In this document: positions 63,412 through 64,000 of the stretch, piece by piece | How the letters are laid out: the number at the start of each line of letters is the position of its first letter | How positions within the stretch are numbered: the first letter of the stretch is position 1 | NCBI GenBank assembly: GCA_002315315.1 | Contig: DCGT01000022.1 | Location: 21,122-85,121 of the forward strand | DNA from: Faecalibacterium sp. UBA1771 | GTDB taxonomy: Bacteria > Bacillota > Clostridia > Oscillospirales > Ruminococcaceae | Direction: 5' to 3' | Length of the DNA: 64,000 nt | Program-made: the position numbers and the translations under genes | The notes under the pieces: model-generated | Told to the model about the DNA's origin: nothing | The model's database searches: none | The model's input: only the letters and a program-made list of their open reading frames with translations

Positions 63412-63621
63412 TTATTTGTCGGTCAGCTTATCGAGAAGGTCATTGTTTCTTTTGCGGGTTATCTCGGCATCAAAATCGAACGGGTGCATAACGCCGCCGA
63501 TTTCCTTTACCATATCTCCTTCTTTTACATCAAATCCGATATCCTCTATTGTGACTATGCTCTCGTCCTCACCTATGAGCCGCACGACATTTTCATAAAC
63601 CGAATCAACTATATAAAACAT
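63412..63621 (-). CDS. DUF3006-family small protein
   Basis: MFYIVDSVYENVVRLIGEDES...VKEGDMV pattern. It lies downstream of a ComEC-like MBL gene, as is common. Confidence 0.65.
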   Translation of the reverse strand: MFYIVDSVYENVVRLIGEDESIVTIEDIGFDVKEGDMVKEIGGVMHPFDFDAEITRKRNNDLLDKLTDK

Positions 63622-63636
63622 ATTTCACCTCATATT

Positions 63637-64000
63637 TTATGCCGCCGCATCAAGATCGTTCGGGCAATAGTAAACATCAACTCCGTCGCTTACGAAAGAA
63701 ACGTTGCCGCAGATATCGGTGCGCAGGAGCCTCGCCCCGCATTTTTCGACACGCTCCAAATATTCCCTGCGCGGAAAATCGTAGTCGTTTCCGACGCCGC
63801 AGGAGCAGACCACATAATCGGGCGAAACGGCATTCAGAAACTCGGTAGAGGTCGATTCGGCAGAGCCGTGATGACCCGACTTGAGAACATTGACGTGACC
63901 GAGCATACCGTTTTCCAAAAGGTTATTCTCTGCGTCGAAAACCGCATCACCCATAAACAGAAACGAGGTTTCACCGTAGTCAAGACGAATAACAATCGAG
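63637..64000 (-). CDS. ComEC/Rec2-related metallo-beta-lactamase-fold protein, 3' part only (continues past the window end)
   Basis: VLKSGHHGSAESTSTEFLNAVSPDYVV and GARLLRTDICGNV. The reading frame stays open to nt 64000. Confidence 0.75.
   Translation of the reverse strand, partial: SIVIRLDYGETSFLFMGDAVFDAENNLLENGMLGHVNVLKSGHHGSAESTSTEFLNAVSPDYVVCSCGVGNDYDFPRREYLERVEKCGARLLRTDICGNVSFVSDGVDVYYCPNDLDAAA

Noticed and set aside
1-64000. CRISPR arrays, rRNA or tRNA genes, IS elements and long nucleotide-level repeats
   Set aside because: None were seen when scanning intergenic regions by eye. The only DNA-level repeats are short tandem units inside the sortase gene. A proper tRNAscan, Infernal and repeat-finder run was not possible.

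Overview
This looks like a chromosomal segment of a spore-forming Firmicute, judging by Clostridia-like gene content and order and roughly 50% GC by eye. I saw no rRNA, tRNA, CRISPR array, IS element or integrase. All functional calls come from reading the translated ORFs and motifs by eye; no database search was run.

(1) nt 1-15,600 is one long minus-strand operon. It reads VirB2-like pilin, VirD4 coupling ATPase, a 1823-aa secreted giant, a lipoprotein, an 808-aa secreted protein, a 314-aa C-terminally anchored surface protein, a VirB6-like membrane protein, and a fused VirB3/VirB4 ATPase cut by the window edge. This is a type IV secretion (T4SS)-like machine. About 10 kb of unrecognisable exported proteins sits between the coupling-protein gene and the channel genes, and no relaxase, integrase or cell-wall hydrolase is visible. 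It is the main candidate for something new.

(2) nt 15,900-64,000 is mostly ordinary core genes:
- sigK, a class B sortase, potABCD and a chromate-transporter pair.
- spoIVA with a SipL-like gene and a 28-codon spoVM that is missing from the ORF track.
- A PPK2 with a long C-terminal extension.
- The conserved priA-def-fmt-rsmB-rlmN-stp-prkC-rsgA block, then rpoZ-gmk-remA-yicC and scpAB.
- rpmB, der, rpmF, pgi, a dacB-like gene, mtaB and a ComEC-like fragment.
- A multiply disrupted DpnI-family restriction pseudogene between rpmB and der.
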